Shown piece by piece: positions 20,475-31,153 of a stretch of DNA of 64,000 bases (position 1 is its first letter; each line of letters opens with the position of its first letter). The DNA is from an uncultured Methanoregulaceae archaeon. GTDB lineage: Archaea > Halobacteriota > Methanomicrobia > Methanomicrobiales > Methanospirillaceae. The stretch spans positions 608,001 through 672,000 of the forward strand of contig CAWJAX010000003.1 in the NCBI GenBank assembly GCA_963841015.1. The letters are read 5' to 3'. The position numbers and the translations under genes are program-made. The notes beneath the pieces are model-generated. The model worked only from the letters and a program-made list of their open reading frames with translations, was not told where the DNA came from and searched no databases.

Positions 20475-22235
20475 ATGGAAGCCCTGAGGATCTTCATGCA
20501 CACCGCCTCTCAAAAAAAAGTTAACATCACGGACACCACGCTACGGGACGCCCACCAGTCACTCATCGCCACACGGCTCCGTACGGAAGACATGGTTCCC
20601 CTTGCAAGGGAGATCGACAACTGCGGTTTTTTTTCCGTTGAGGCATGGGGCGGCGCTACCTTCGATACCTGTATTCGTTTTTTAAACGACGACCCCTGGG
20701 ACCGTCTCCGGGCTTTAAAGGCTGAACTCAAGCACACCCCGGTCCAGATGCTCCTGCGGGGACAGAACCTTGTCGGCTATCGTCACTATCCTGATGATGT
20801 GGTTGACAAGTTCGTCACGGCAGCGCATAAAAACGGTGTGGACATCTTCCGGGTATTTGATGCATTAAACGATATCAGGAACATGAAACGGTCAATGGAC
20901 CAGGTAAAAAACGTGGGGGCTCACCTGCAAGGGGCTATCTCTTACACGACCAGCCCAGTTCACTCTACCAAAACATTCATTGAAATGGCAAAAGAGCTCT
21001 ATGCCCTTGATTGTGATTCGATCTGCATCAAGGATATGGCAGGGCTCATCATGCCTGAGGCGACCCGGGAGCTGATTATCGGCATCAAGGATGCAGTGGA
21101 TATAAAAGTTTGTCTACACAGCCATTCTACGAGTGGAATCGCACCGATGAGTTACCAGGCATCAATCGAAGCTGGTGTTGATATTCTCGATACGGCGATG
21201 TCGCCTTTCTCTATGGGAACTTCCCAACCCCCGACAGAAAGTATCATTGCAGCACTAAAAGGTACCCCCCGCGATACTGGCATCGATCTCATCAAACTCC
21301 GGGCCATTCGAAACATCTGCCTTCAGATACGGGAGAAATATTCTGGTCTGCTCGACCCGATTTCTGAAAGAGTGGACAGTGATGTGCTGATTTATCAGTT
21401 ACCCGGTGGGATGATCTCCAATACTGTTTCCCAGCTTAAGGAACAGGACGCACTCAACCGATGGGATGATGTACTGGCGGAGATCCCCAGGGTAAGAAAG
21501 GATCTCGGGTATCCTCCCCTTGTTACGCCGACAAGCCAGATCGTCGGCACCCAAGCCGTGCTCAATGTACTTGTCAACGGCGAACGATACCGCAATGTAA
21601 CTAAAGAAGTCAAGGATTATGTCCGCGGATTATACGGTAAGTCACCGGGTCCTGTTAGCGACGAAATCCGGAAACTGATCATTGGCGATGAAAAGGTAAT
21701 AACCGGACGCCCGGCGGATCTGCTGGAACCGGCTTATGAAAAAATGAAAGAGGAAGCAGAGAAAGCCGGGCTTGTCAAAAAGGATGAAGATGTCCTGACC
21801 TATATCCTCTATCCTGCCATTGCACCGTCATTCCTCAAAGGGGAACGGTTATTGGAAGAAATACCCAAAAAGCAGACGGTGACAAAACCTGAAACAGGGA
21901 TGCCCAGCCAGATGGAAGTGGAAGTGGACGGGGAAGTCTTTTCTGTCCGCATCGTCTCTGTCGGGGGAAGCAAAGTTGAGGTTGCAAATATTACTCCGCA
22001 AAAGATACCGAGGGGTGATATTGCCGGAGGCATAAAAAGCAATATGCAGGGAATGGTGCTTACGGTGCTCGTGAACCGTGGTGCTGAGGTCAAAAAGGGG
22101 GATACCCTTCTGGTGCTTGAGGCCATGAAGATGGAAAATCCCATCCATAGCCCGGTTGACGGAAAGGTCACCGAGATCTTTGTGGATACCGGCGATGTCG
22201 TCCAGAGCGGAGACGTCCTGCTGGTGGTGCAATGA
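20475..22235 (+). CDS. pycB: Pyruvate carboxylase subunit B (carboxyltransferase + biotin carrier)
   Basis: LRDAHQSL.ATR, WGGATFD, IKDMAG, HSH, EAMKM. Confidence 0.93.
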   Translation: MEALRIFMHTASQKKVNITDTTLRDAHQSLIATRLRTEDMVPLAREIDNCGFFSVEAWGGATFDTCIRFLNDDPWDRLRALKAELKHTPVQMLLRGQNLVGYRHYPDDVVDKFVTAAHKNGVDIFRVFDALNDIRNMKRSMDQVKNVGAHLQGAISYTTSPVHSTKTFIEMAKELYALDCDSICIKDMAGLIMPEATRELIIGIKDAVDIKVCLHSHSTSGIAPMSYQASIEAGVDILDTAMSPFSMGTSQPPTESIIAALKGTPRDTGIDLIKLRAIRNICLQIREKYSGLLDPISERVDSDVLIYQLPGGMISNTVSQLKEQDALNRWDDVLAEIPRVRKDLGYPPLVTPTSQIVGTQAVLNVLVNGERYRNVTKEVKDYVRGLYGKSPGPVSDEIRKLIIGDEKVITGRPADLLEPAYEKMKEEAEKAGLVKKDEDVLTYILYPAIAPSFLKGERLLEEIPKKQTVTKPETGMPSQMEVEVDGEVFSVRIVSVGGSKVEVANITPQKIPRGDIAGGIKSNMQGMVLTVLVNRGAEVKKGDTLLVLEAMKMENPIHSPVDGKVTEIFVDTGDVVQSGDVLLVVQ

Positions 22236-23707
22236 AATATTTTGAAAAACTCCTGATCGCAAACCGCGGAGAAATTGCCATCCGCGTTATGCGGGCATGC
22301 CGGGAACTGGGTATTGAGACGGTAGCGATCTACTCATCCGCTGATAATAACGCCCTTCATGTCAAATATGCAGATGAAGCGTTTCTGGTTGGGGAGGCCC
22401 ATCCTTCAAAAAGTTATCTCAACATTGATAGGATCGTTGATATTGCAAAAAAGAGTGGTGCAGAAGCGATACACCCCGGTTATGGATTTTTAGCGGAGAA
22501 TTACCGGTTTGCTAAGATTTGCAAGGATGAAAATGTCACCTTTGTCGGCCCGGGCTGGAAGACGATAAAAGCGATGGGATCGAAGATCGGCAGCAAACAG
22601 ATGATGAAAGCCGCGGGGGTTCCCGTAGTCCCTGGCACAGAGGGTGGCGTAAAAAGCATCGATGATGCAAAAAAGGTTGCTGCTGGAATTGGCTACCCGG
22701 TAATTATCAAGGCAAGCGCCGGTGGCGGAGGTATTGGCATGCAGATCGTCAATGATGAGCAGAGCCTGGAAGAGGCTATTGCTGCTGCCATGCGCATTGC
22801 AGAGTCTGCATTCGGTGACGCCACGATTTTAATTGAGAAATATCTGGTCAAGCCACGGCATATAGAGTTACAGGTACTAGCAGATGAGCACGGCAATGCA
22901 GTCCATCTGTATGACCGCGAATGTTCGATCCAGCGCCGTCACCAGAAACTCATCGAGGAGGCTCCCTCACCTGTTATGACACCGGATTTGCGTGACAGGA
23001 TGTCAGCATCAGCGCTGAAGGTTGCCGAAGTATCCGGTTATACAAATGCAGGAACAGTTGAGTTCCTGTATAGCAACGGAAACTATTATTTCATGGAAAT
23101 GAACACACGTCTGCAGGTCGAACATACGATAACTGAATTTATCACAGGTGTTGATATTGTAAGGCAACAGATCGCGATTGCTGCCGGTGAGTCACTACCC
23201 TTTGACCAGTCCGATCTCTCCATCCGAGGGCATGCAATCGAATGCAGAATTAATGCAGAAGACCCCATAAATAATTTTTCCGCCGATCCGGGAAAAATTA
23301 CCCGATACCGTTCACCTGGAGGACCTGGCATAAGGATTGACAGTGGCATCCATATGGGATACAGGATCCCCCCAAATTATGACTCAATGATCGCTAAGCT
23401 TTGTGCCTGGGACAGGACAAGAGGTGAAGCGATAGCAAGGATGCGTCGTGCAATTTCTGAATATATCATTCTTGGGATCAAAACTACGCTCCCCCTCCAC
23501 TATGCAATTATGAACAATCCGCAGTATATTGCAGGAAATACCCACACGCACTTTTTACAAGAGGAGCATATCCTCACTACGCTCGATCGGTATAAACGTG
23601 ATGAGGAGACACGGATGCAGACACTTGCTGGATCCTTTGGAGAAGGTAAAAAAGTTGCTGCGATAACTGCTGCAGTGAACATGTATCTTCAACCAAAAAA
23701 GGACTGA
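22232..23707 (+). CDS. pycA: Pyruvate carboxylase subunit A (biotin carboxylase)
   Basis: IANRGEIA, HPGYGFLAEN, GGGGIGM, RECSIQRRHQK, EMNTRLQVEH. Confidence 0.93.
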   Translation: MKYFEKLLIANRGEIAIRVMRACRELGIETVAIYSSADNNALHVKYADEAFLVGEAHPSKSYLNIDRIVDIAKKSGAEAIHPGYGFLAENYRFAKICKDENVTFVGPGWKTIKAMGSKIGSKQMMKAAGVPVVPGTEGGVKSIDDAKKVAAGIGYPVIIKASAGGGGIGMQIVNDEQSLEEAIAAAMRIAESAFGDATILIEKYLVKPRHIELQVLADEHGNAVHLYDRECSIQRRHQKLIEEAPSPVMTPDLRDRMSASALKVAEVSGYTNAGTVEFLYSNGNYYFMEMNTRLQVEHTITEFITGVDIVRQQIAIAAGESLPFDQSDLSIRGHAIECRINAEDPINNFSADPGKITRYRSPGGPGIRIDSGIHMGYRIPPNYDSMIAKLCAWDRTRGEAIARMRRAISEYIILGIKTTLPLHYAIMNNPQYIAGNTHTHFLQEEHILTTLDRYKRDEETRMQTLAGSFGEGKKVAAITAAVNMYLQPKKD

Positions 23708-23774
23708 TGCTCGATTAAAACCCCGCATCAGAACCTTTAATAGTTTTTACGGCGTTCATACTATGCACTTTTGT

Positions 23775-23887
23775 GCTGCGGTGGCCTAGCTGGTTAGGGC
23801 GCCAGACTCATAGGGTTTAAGAATACAATCATGTATTCACAGCTTTGAGAGATCTGGAGATCGGGGGATCGTAACCCTCCCGCAGCA
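23775..23887 (+). tRNA. tRNA-Met(CAT), elongator type, with a 39-nt intron at 37/38 (23813-23851)
   Basis: Acceptor stem GCTGCGG/CCGCAGC, anticodon stem CCAGA/TCTGG, bulge-helix-bulge motif (CTCA/TGAG helix with TAG and AGA bulges). Confidence 0.9.
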
Positions 23888-24050
23888 TAGTAAATAGTTC
23901 TTAAATTCACTCCTTTCACATGGTTTTTAAAATCTTCCCTCTCTCTACCAGGACAGAAAATCCTTAAAATTTAGTGATTTTATTATTTTCACCGGCGATA
24001 AATTTATTTACCGCATCACCCAACAAAGTTACGTACATTGATGTGAGACT

Positions 24051-24551
24051 ATGCTGTTAACAAACGTTGTTGTAGGATTAATCCAGTTAATTATTTCCAT
24101 TATTTTTGCCGTCCTGGCACTGTATATTGGTTTTGCAGTGCTCAGTAAAATCAACAAAAATATGGATGAAGAGAAAGAAATCGCACGAGGGAATGTTGCC
24201 GTAGGAATTATTGTTGCAGCAGTTTTTGTCGCAATTGCCCTTGTAGTACAGTCCGGGGTATCAGGGCTTTCCGTGGGGATTAACAAGGCAATAAACATAG
24301 GAGTTTTTTCTGTCGATGGACTCCTCGCTATTGGTACGGCATTCATCCAGCTTATACTCGGTATTGTTCTGGCTGTCGGGGCGATCTACCTTGCCCTTTA
24401 TGTTCTCTCCAAACTGACAAAAGGGGTTGACGAGTTTGCTGAGATCAAAAAAGGCAATATGGCAGTCGCTCTTATGATGGGGGGTGTAATTATTGCGGTT
24501 GCGGTAATTATCCAGTCCGGTGTGATTGGCATCACGGCAGCACTGATATAA
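24051..24551 (+). CDS. DUF350-like membrane protein
   Basis: Two internal repeats (..DE..EI..GN.AV) with four hydrophobic segments. Confidence 0.75.
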   Translation: MLLTNVVVGLIQLIISIIFAVLALYIGFAVLSKINKNMDEEKEIARGNVAVGIIVAAVFVAIALVVQSGVSGLSVGINKAINIGVFSVDGLLAIGTAFIQLILGIVLAVGAIYLALYVLSKLTKGVDEFAEIKKGNMAVALMMGGVIIAVAVIIQSGVIGITAALI

Positions 24552-24807
24552 AATTCTCCTTTTTTTATCATAGAAATCGAAGAAAAAAAATGGTTCTGTA
24601 GAATTCCTTTTCTATGATTTGAAATATTAAACCCAGGTAAGAAGACAGAGGGGACAGTGCCTGTCCATTCATACGCCCCTGCGCTTATCACGATTATAAC
24701 GTAATACCTGTTCAGGAGTTATCTCATTCTGGGGGGAAAGCGATGGGGGTGATAACCCCGCGAGCGTTTAGCCTGTTATTGAGTATTTAAAAGAGCAAAA
24801 AAATCGT

Positions 24808-26034
24808 TTATTTCCCATACCGGTTTATCGTACGGATCAAGTCCGCAAATCCATCCATCTCCATCTCAAGAACCTGTTCACGGGTCATCCCCATACTCGT
24901 TTCAGCATCCGCAGTCAGCATTTCGGGACCGCGGATTAGCTGGCGATTGATACCATCTGAAGAGAGCACATCCTGTGCTTCTGCATCGTGAACAAAGGCC
25001 CGGCCAGGAATAATTACAACGGGTTCAAGACCAGAAAGGTCCAATTCATGGAAATCATTAATCGTTATAAGACACGCAATTTCCTTGTTTACAGGAGTAA
25101 CGGGAACTTTCGATCCACACGAAGCCAGAATTTTTTCAATATACGGTGCTGCAATACTCCCGCTGATCACTGATGCCCGGTGTTGAATGCGGGGGAGATT
25201 TTTTAATAAATCTGGTTCATGAAGGATTGCAAACGGTGAACCAATATCAGGATCCCACAGAGGGGTTCCGGAGATTTTGAGGGTAAACCTGCGATCCAGA
25301 CCGGAGATAAGATCCCGGAATGATTCAACCGTCTGGACTTGCTGATTGTTGATGATGGGACCATTACCAAGAACAAGCCCCTGTTCTACAGTATTGGCAA
25401 ACCTCATCAGGATTATACCTTTTGCTCCATGGTCCTGGAGCCATTCGCAGGTTTGTTCGAGCACAAGACCATCATTGATTCCCGGCAGGATAACGGCAGC
25501 TGCATATACATCAACATTATTGCACAATTTTTCGAGAATTGTAAGAGAAACTTCGGGAGTCGGATCGTGCATGTAGCGCTTTCTGAGAGCGGGATCTGTT
25601 GCAAAGACCGTGAAGGACAATTCAGAAAGACCATTGTCAATGAGCAGATCTGCAATGGCCGGATCATCCCATCCTTTACCGCTCGTGTATCCAATGTGGA
25701 GAGGAGCCTCCATGCTGCCGAGGAGTTCAATCAGTTCATTGAACCGGGGATAGCAGCTGGGATCCCCGCCACCGCTGATGGTGATCCGTTCAAGATCCCC
25801 GCTTTTTCCCTGCAAGTTTGCAAGCGTTTCGTCCGCGATTGTCTTGAGATCCTTAAACCCGCTGTACTCTTCCCTGATTCCACGGGTACAGTAATCACAG
25901 CCTTTTTTAAACGGCAGACAGTATCTGCACCCAAGTGGCTGGACACCACGGACTTTCTTAAAATAACAATATTCGCAGAATCCGCGGCAGTTGATACCGG
26001 GGCTCCCTCCAATATCCACGGTCAGGTGTGCCAT
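24808..26034 (-). CDS. mmp10: Methanogenesis marker protein 10 (cobalamin-dependent radical SAM MCR arginine C-methyltransferase)
   Basis: DIGGSPG.NCRGFCEYCYF, second CxxC...CxxC metal site, KEIACLIT, IIPGRAFVHD, LTADAE. Confidence 0.9.
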   Translation of the reverse strand: MAHLTVDIGGSPGINCRGFCEYCYFKKVRGVQPLGCRYCLPFKKGCDYCTRGIREEYSGFKDLKTIADETLANLQGKSGDLERITISGGGDPSCYPRFNELIELLGSMEAPLHIGYTSGKGWDDPAIADLLIDNGLSELSFTVFATDPALRKRYMHDPTPEVSLTILEKLCNNVDVYAAAVILPGINDGLVLEQTCEWLQDHGAKGIILMRFANTVEQGLVLGNGPIINNQQVQTVESFRDLISGLDRRFTLKISGTPLWDPDIGSPFAILHEPDLLKNLPRIQHRASVISGSIAAPYIEKILASCGSKVPVTPVNKEIACLITINDFHELDLSGLEPVVIIPGRAFVHDAEAQDVLSSDGINRQLIRGPEMLTADAETSMGMTREQVLEMEMDGFADLIRTINRYGK

Positions 26035-26189
26035 CAGTAGTAATTAGTCTGCTCTTGTTCCTAAATGTGTTTGGAAATTATACTGAAATCTGAGGTAATC
26101 ATAAAAAATAAAATGTACCGTTATTTAAAGGAAAGATAGAAGCACGGTAGCACCATCTTTTTTACTATCAAATGTCTAAATACTATGGC

Positions 26190-26262
26190 GCCTCAGTGGC
26201 TTAGTTGGCAGAGCGGCTGACTTGTAATCAGCAGGTCCCGTGTTCAAATCACGGCTGAGGCT
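26190..26262 (+). tRNA. tRNA-Thr(TGT)
   Basis: GCCTCAG/CTGAGGC acceptor stem, GCTGA-CTTGTAA-TCAGC anticodon arm, TTCAAAT T-loop. Confidence 0.95.
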
Positions 26263-26842
26263 TGGGTTCAAATTAACGTTATTTTTTGATTTTGAACTAA
26301 ATTTGAGGATATTTTATAGATTTAGTGCTTTTTGAGATTTGAACACAAACTCCATTTTCTGAATATTCCCATATAAAGTAACAAGCAACAATGTGTAACA
26401 GAACCTGCACATTTGTCCGAAAGAAAGCGACGAACAGGATACGGAGTAGGATAGAGGAGAAGCGGGCCGGAACAACCGCTGACGCTGGAGTATCGCAAGA
26501 AATCAGAGATGTCATCATCCCAACAGGAAACTCCAGAAAGTAGTGAGGTGAGGTGAGCGGAACGGGTGCGAGCCCGTGGAAACGCACATGATCGAGCGTC
26601 TCCGGCATGTCATGGATACCTGCAGATGTATTTCGGCAAAAGGGAGAAGAGCAAAGACCGCGGTCACAAAGAGCAAGCCTGCCGGGAAATGTTCAAGGAG
26701 GATTTTCCTTTACCTCCTGTCATTCCGGAACTGAGCAGGACGCCATTCTCTCTGTCTCCGGTCATTGTCAGAAGGGGTGGGTATTCATTGGGCAGGCGCG
26801 AGAATTACCTGCCGGGACCGGAGCTGCCGCAGAAACGGACCG

Positions 26843-28348
26843 TCATTTCTCCATCAGATGTTCATTTTGCTCTGAACCTTTTTCATCCTCCCCGGTTCCG
26901 GTAATCCCCAGCACTGGAAACCTGAGCATGTACCGCAGCCCCCCGACCGTAGACAGGTTACGCATCTCGCGGCTGACCTGTGCAATCAGCTCCCGGACAA
27001 CAACCCGGTCCTCGACCTCCCCGGATTCCCTGACATACGCGAGCCGGTGGATCGAGTAGATCCCGATAAGAAACGCAAAGACAAAGAAAAAGTCCCAGTA
27101 CTGGAGGTCCAGCGTCTGGAGGGTAAAAGCAGTTCCCGGGCTTTTCCAGTTTAAAGTGAGCGAGAGTTCGGTTGCCTTAAACGAATCGACAAACATCCCT
27201 CCGATGACTGGTGCAATACCGGCTGCAAGGGAGTTGATAATGTTCATCGTGGCAAGGTACGCGGTTGCGCTGCCATGGGGCGCAAGCTTAAGCCCGATGT
27301 TTGCCGATGCGAGCGTGACCCCTGCTGTCGATACTCCCATCAGGATGTGCAGGGCGATGAGGAGCGGGATGGTCAGCGGGTGCCGGTTGGGCATGGTCGT
27401 AAACGTCCAGCCAAGGATGCAGATCATGAAGAGTGGTCCCGCGACCCGCAGGACGGACTTGTTGCTGAACCGATCGGCAATCCGGCCCCACATGCCATAG
27501 GAGAGCACACTGGAGAGCTGGCTGAGGATAGCAAATGCAATGACCACCGAGATATTGAAGTCGAGCATGACAAGCAGGTAGACCGTAAAAAAGGGAGCGG
27601 CAAGGTTGACCGCAAAGTTCCATGCTCCTAAAAAAGCGATCAACCGGGAGAAGTTTATATCGTGGAATGTAGATCGGACCTGGTCAAGAAGCGGGATTTT
27701 TGGAACTTCTGTCATCAACGGTTCAGGGATCTTTGACATATACCAGATTCCCATGAGACCGGCGACAAAACCCCCAAGGAAGATGACCGAGTAGGCAGTG
27801 CCCGGGGGATACGCCGGGTTCCTCTCAATGAAATCGATAATAAAGCTGGCGGCAAGAGACAGGACAATTCCCACGATAAGGGAGAGGGACATACGGCGGG
27901 AGAAGAAGCTGCCAAGGATCTCCTGGGGTACAAGATCGCGCATCCATGAATTCCAGCTGCAGTGGGAGATGGCAGAGATGCACCCATACAGGACAAGTGA
28001 CAGGATCAGGACGGGCACGGCCGCAGTGGGGCCAAAGAGGAACGGGATGAGGGCAATGACAACCCAGAAGAGCCGTGCGATAATCGAAGCGCCAATGCAG
28101 ATCAGTCGCCGGTTGCGGACCCTTTCCACAACCGAGATCGCGGGCATCTGAATCAGTTCGGCAATCGGAGGGATTGCTGCAAGTAGCCCGATGACCGTGT
28201 TGGACGCACCCAGCTCGAGACCGAATGCAACAAGAAAGATCCCGCTGGTCAGCGTGACCATGGCCTGCGTGGCGAGCCCATCCTTTATGATATACGAGAG
28301 CCCTTTTTTCAACTCGTCTTCGCTTATAGTCTCTTTCGGGTTCAGCAT
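26843..28348 (-). CDS. MFS transporter
   Basis: About 12 hydrophobic segments, WGRIADRFSNK MFS motif; alternative start at 28399. Confidence 0.85.
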   Translation of the reverse strand: MLNPKETISEDELKKGLSYIIKDGLATQAMVTLTSGIFLVAFGLELGASNTVIGLLAAIPPIAELIQMPAISVVERVRNRRLICIGASIIARLFWVVIALIPFLFGPTAAVPVLILSLVLYGCISAISHCSWNSWMRDLVPQEILGSFFSRRMSLSLIVGIVLSLAASFIIDFIERNPAYPPGTAYSVIFLGGFVAGLMGIWYMSKIPEPLMTEVPKIPLLDQVRSTFHDINFSRLIAFLGAWNFAVNLAAPFFTVYLLVMLDFNISVVIAFAILSQLSSVLSYGMWGRIADRFSNKSVLRVAGPLFMICILGWTFTTMPNRHPLTIPLLIALHILMGVSTAGVTLASANIGLKLAPHGSATAYLATMNIINSLAAGIAPVIGGMFVDSFKATELSLTLNWKSPGTAFTLQTLDLQYWDFFFVFAFLIGIYSIHRLAYVRESGEVEDRVVVRELIAQVSREMRNLSTVGGLRYMLRFPVLGITGTGEDEKGSEQNEHLMEK

Positions 28349-28650
28349 GGTTACCACACAGGAGCCTGCGGTCCGGATAGGAGTACCGATATTGTACAAA
28401 CCATTTTTCCTGACTTTCTGTTATTGATCGGCAGTTCGAAAAAGATGTCGCTCCTGCAGCCGCGATCTGGACTCCGTTGAGCATAACCCCAAAAAATCAA
28501 TTTTTTACGACGAAATTCTGCGCGTCACTTTTGAGTGCTTTACAAAAATAAGCAAATTTTTAAAGAGGAATATTCAATTATTTCTCAGCGAGAGCATAAT
28601 TCCAAAAATTTTATGAAAAGTTAGTAAAAAATTATTGAATCGAACATCAC

Positions 28651-28673
28651 GTCCCGGTGCTCGGCTGAGGCTT
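28651..28673 (+). repeat. Degenerate direct repeat of the tRNA-Thr 3' end (att-like)
   Basis: GTCCCGGTGCTCGGCTGAGGCTT versus tRNA GTCCCGTGTTCAAATCACGGCTGAGGCTT; exact 12-bp CGGCTGAGGCTT at 26252 and 28662. Confidence 0.65.
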
Positions 28674-28770
28674 TTGAATTTTTTTACTAATCCAAACAAT
28701 TATTCTCTTTTAAAACAACACAATAGATTCAAATTTTAAACTGCGAATTATTACATATGCGTGATCGCCA

Positions 28771-29817
28771 GTGACAAAAAAAGCATTTATTACCGGTATA
28801 ACAGGTCAGGACGGATCATACCTTGCCGAATTGTTATTATCAAAAGGATACGAAGTCCATGGTCTCATACGAAGATCATCAACGTTCAACACCAGCCGTA
28901 TTGATACAATCTATCTTGATCCGCATGAGCCTCATGCCCGATTATTTTTGTATTACGGAGATCTCTCAGACTCCGAGCAAATTGCAAATGTGATGTACAA
29001 TATCCGACCGGATGAAGTATACCATCTCGGTGCGCAAAGCCATGTCCGGGTCAGTTTTGATACCCCGGAATATACCAGCAATATTACCGCGCTCGGGACT
29101 ACCCGGCTACTTGAAGCGATACGGCGATGTTCATACCCGATAAAATTCTACCAAGCTTCTTCCAGTGAGATGTTCGGGGCAGCACACCCACCCCAGAAAG
29201 AAGACACCCCCTTTCATCCCCGCAGCCCCTATGCCTGTGCCAAGGTATACTCCTACTGGATGACCCGGAATTACCGGGAGGGATACAACGTCTTCGCATC
29301 CAACGGTATTCTCTTTAACCATGAATCGCCACGAAGGGGGGAGACCTTTGTAACCCGCAAGATCACCAGAGCAATTGCAAGAATCCTTGCTGGAAAAGAA
29401 AAAATCCTGTATCTGGGGAACCTCGATGCAAAACGGGACTGGGGATATGCACCGGAGTACGTGGATTGTATGTGGCGGATCCTGCAGCAGGAAAAGCCAG
29501 ATGATTTTGTGATTGGTACCGGGGAGACCCATTCCGTCCGAGAATTTGTCCACGAAGCATTCGCATATGCCGGTCTTGATGTTGAGGAATATGTAAAAAT
29601 TGATCAGAAATATTTCCGTCCGACTGAAGTTGATGTACTTATCGCAAATCCAAAAAAATCTGAAAAAATACTTGGCTGGAAACCTTCAATTAAGTTTGGC
29701 GATCTGGTAAAAATCATGGTCGATGCTGATATGAAAGCAGCTGGACTGGAACCAATTGGTGATGCGGATAAAATAATCTCTTCAAAATTCCCGAATCGCT
29801 GGTGGAACGCTGATTGA
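28771..29817 (+). CDS. gmd: GDP-mannose 4,6-dehydratase
   Basis: [46 protein letters not shown]. Confidence 0.95.
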   Translation: MTKKAFITGITGQDGSYLAELLLSKGYEVHGLIRRSSTFNTSRIDTIYLDPHEPHARLFLYYGDLSDSEQIANVMYNIRPDEVYHLGAQSHVRVSFDTPEYTSNITALGTTRLLEAIRRCSYPIKFYQASSSEMFGAAHPPQKEDTPFHPRSPYACAKVYSYWMTRNYREGYNVFASNGILFNHESPRRGETFVTRKITRAIARILAGKEKILYLGNLDAKRDWGYAPEYVDCMWRILQQEKPDDFVIGTGETHSVREFVHEAFAYAGLDVEEYVKIDQKYFRPTEVDVLIANPKKSEKILGWKPSIKFGDLVKIMVDADMKAAGLEPIGDADKIISSKFPNRWWNAD

Positions 29818-29938
29818 TTCATGGGGGATGAAGTGCTCCCAAATCCCATACATACATAAAACTGGAGCATCAATAATTCTGTAATAAAAAGAAAATATTT
29901 GTACTATTTAAACTTCAGTCAATGGTTGGGACACACCT

Positions 29939-30913
29939 ATGACATTCTGGTCCGATAAAAAAATACTCATCACTGGTGGTGCTGGTTTTTTTGGATCCCA
30001 AGTTGTCAATCAACTTCTTGAAAACGGGGTTCTGAAAGAAAATATTCTGATACCACGGAGTAAAGAGATTGATTTGCGGAAATGGGAAAACTGTGTGCGG
30101 GTAGTGAAAGAATGTGATATTGTTATTCATCTTGCCGCAAAAGTAGGGGGAATTGGATTCAACCTGAACTTCCCAGGACAACTTTTCTATGACAATGCTA
30201 TCATGGGAATCCAGATGATTGAAGCAGCACGGCAAGAGGGGGTAGGGAAGTGTGTAATCGTTGGTACGATCTGTGCCTATCCGAAATTTACCCCAGTCCC
30301 GTTCAATGAAAATAATCTCTGGAATGGATATCCGGAAGAAACAAACGCTCCCTACGGACTCGCAAAAAAGATGCTCCTTGTCCAGTCACAGGCATACCGG
30401 CAGGAATACGGATTTAATTCTATCTATCTTCTTCCTGTCAACCTGTATGGTCCGGGAGACAATTTTGATCCCGCGAGTTCTCATGTTATTCCTGCACTCA
30501 TCAAAAAATTCACCGAGGCCAAACGACAAAACAAATCCAGTGTGGATGTTTGGGGCACCGGCGCGGCATCAAGGGAGTTCTTGTATGTTGATGACGCAGC
30601 ACGGGGAATTATTCTTGCCACGGAACGATACAACAAACCTGACCCGGTAAACCTGGGAGCGGGCATGGAAATTACCATCCGGGATCTTGTGGCTCTTTTA
30701 AAGGAATTGACAGATTATACAGGCGAAATCCATTGGGATACTACAAAACCGGATGGCCAGCCGAAGCGCAGTCTGGATGTGAGCCGGGCACAAAAAGAGT
30801 TCGGATTTACGGCAAAGATGCCATTCAGGGAAGGATTGAAACGGACGTTTGATTGGTATAAAGCGCATTCGTCGAGGCCAGCTCAAGATGAGTGGTCAGC
30901 AGATTATTGTTAA
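29939..30913 (+). CDS. fcl: GDP-L-fucose synthase
   Basis: [30 protein letters not shown]...[14 protein letters not shown]. Confidence 0.92.
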   Translation: MTFWSDKKILITGGAGFFGSQVVNQLLENGVLKENILIPRSKEIDLRKWENCVRVVKECDIVIHLAAKVGGIGFNLNFPGQLFYDNAIMGIQMIEAARQEGVGKCVIVGTICAYPKFTPVPFNENNLWNGYPEETNAPYGLAKKMLLVQSQAYRQEYGFNSIYLLPVNLYGPGDNFDPASSHVIPALIKKFTEAKRQNKSSVDVWGTGAASREFLYVDDAARGIILATERYNKPDPVNLGAGMEITIRDLVALLKELTDYTGEIHWDTTKPDGQPKRSLDVSRAQKEFGFTAKMPFREGLKRTFDWYKAHSSRPAQDEWSADYC

Positions 30914-31153
30914 ACCACAACAATCTCATAAGAAAAAGACAGATTCAAGAACAGAAGATATGGTAAGTTTCTTGATTTAGATTCAATTACAACAAAAGAG
31001 AACCCAATTATTCCATTGAATATAGTTTTCAGGTTTTCAGGAATGCCAATTTTTTTCAAAATTATTCTTTCTTTAGCCGCTTCACGAAATCATTAACAAT
31101 TTTCTCGACAATTTTACTATGTGCTATCAGATTTTTTTTTCATCTCTCGTCTA

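Noticed and set aside
24640-24775. GC-rich hairpins between DUF350 and mmp10 as a MITE or sRNA
   Set aside because: Only short stems (GGACAG/CTGTCC, GGGG/CCCC) and no terminal repeats; could be a terminator or decayed repeat
25339-26040. 233-aa ORF antisense to mmp10 (and similar shadows at 27825..28484 and 49523..50221)
   Set aside because: They overlap well-supported genes and show no recognisable motifs
26297-26904. Short ORFs between tRNA-Thr and the MFS gene as an integrase remnant
   Set aside because: No tyrosine-recombinase motif recognisable in the frames I read; left uncalled
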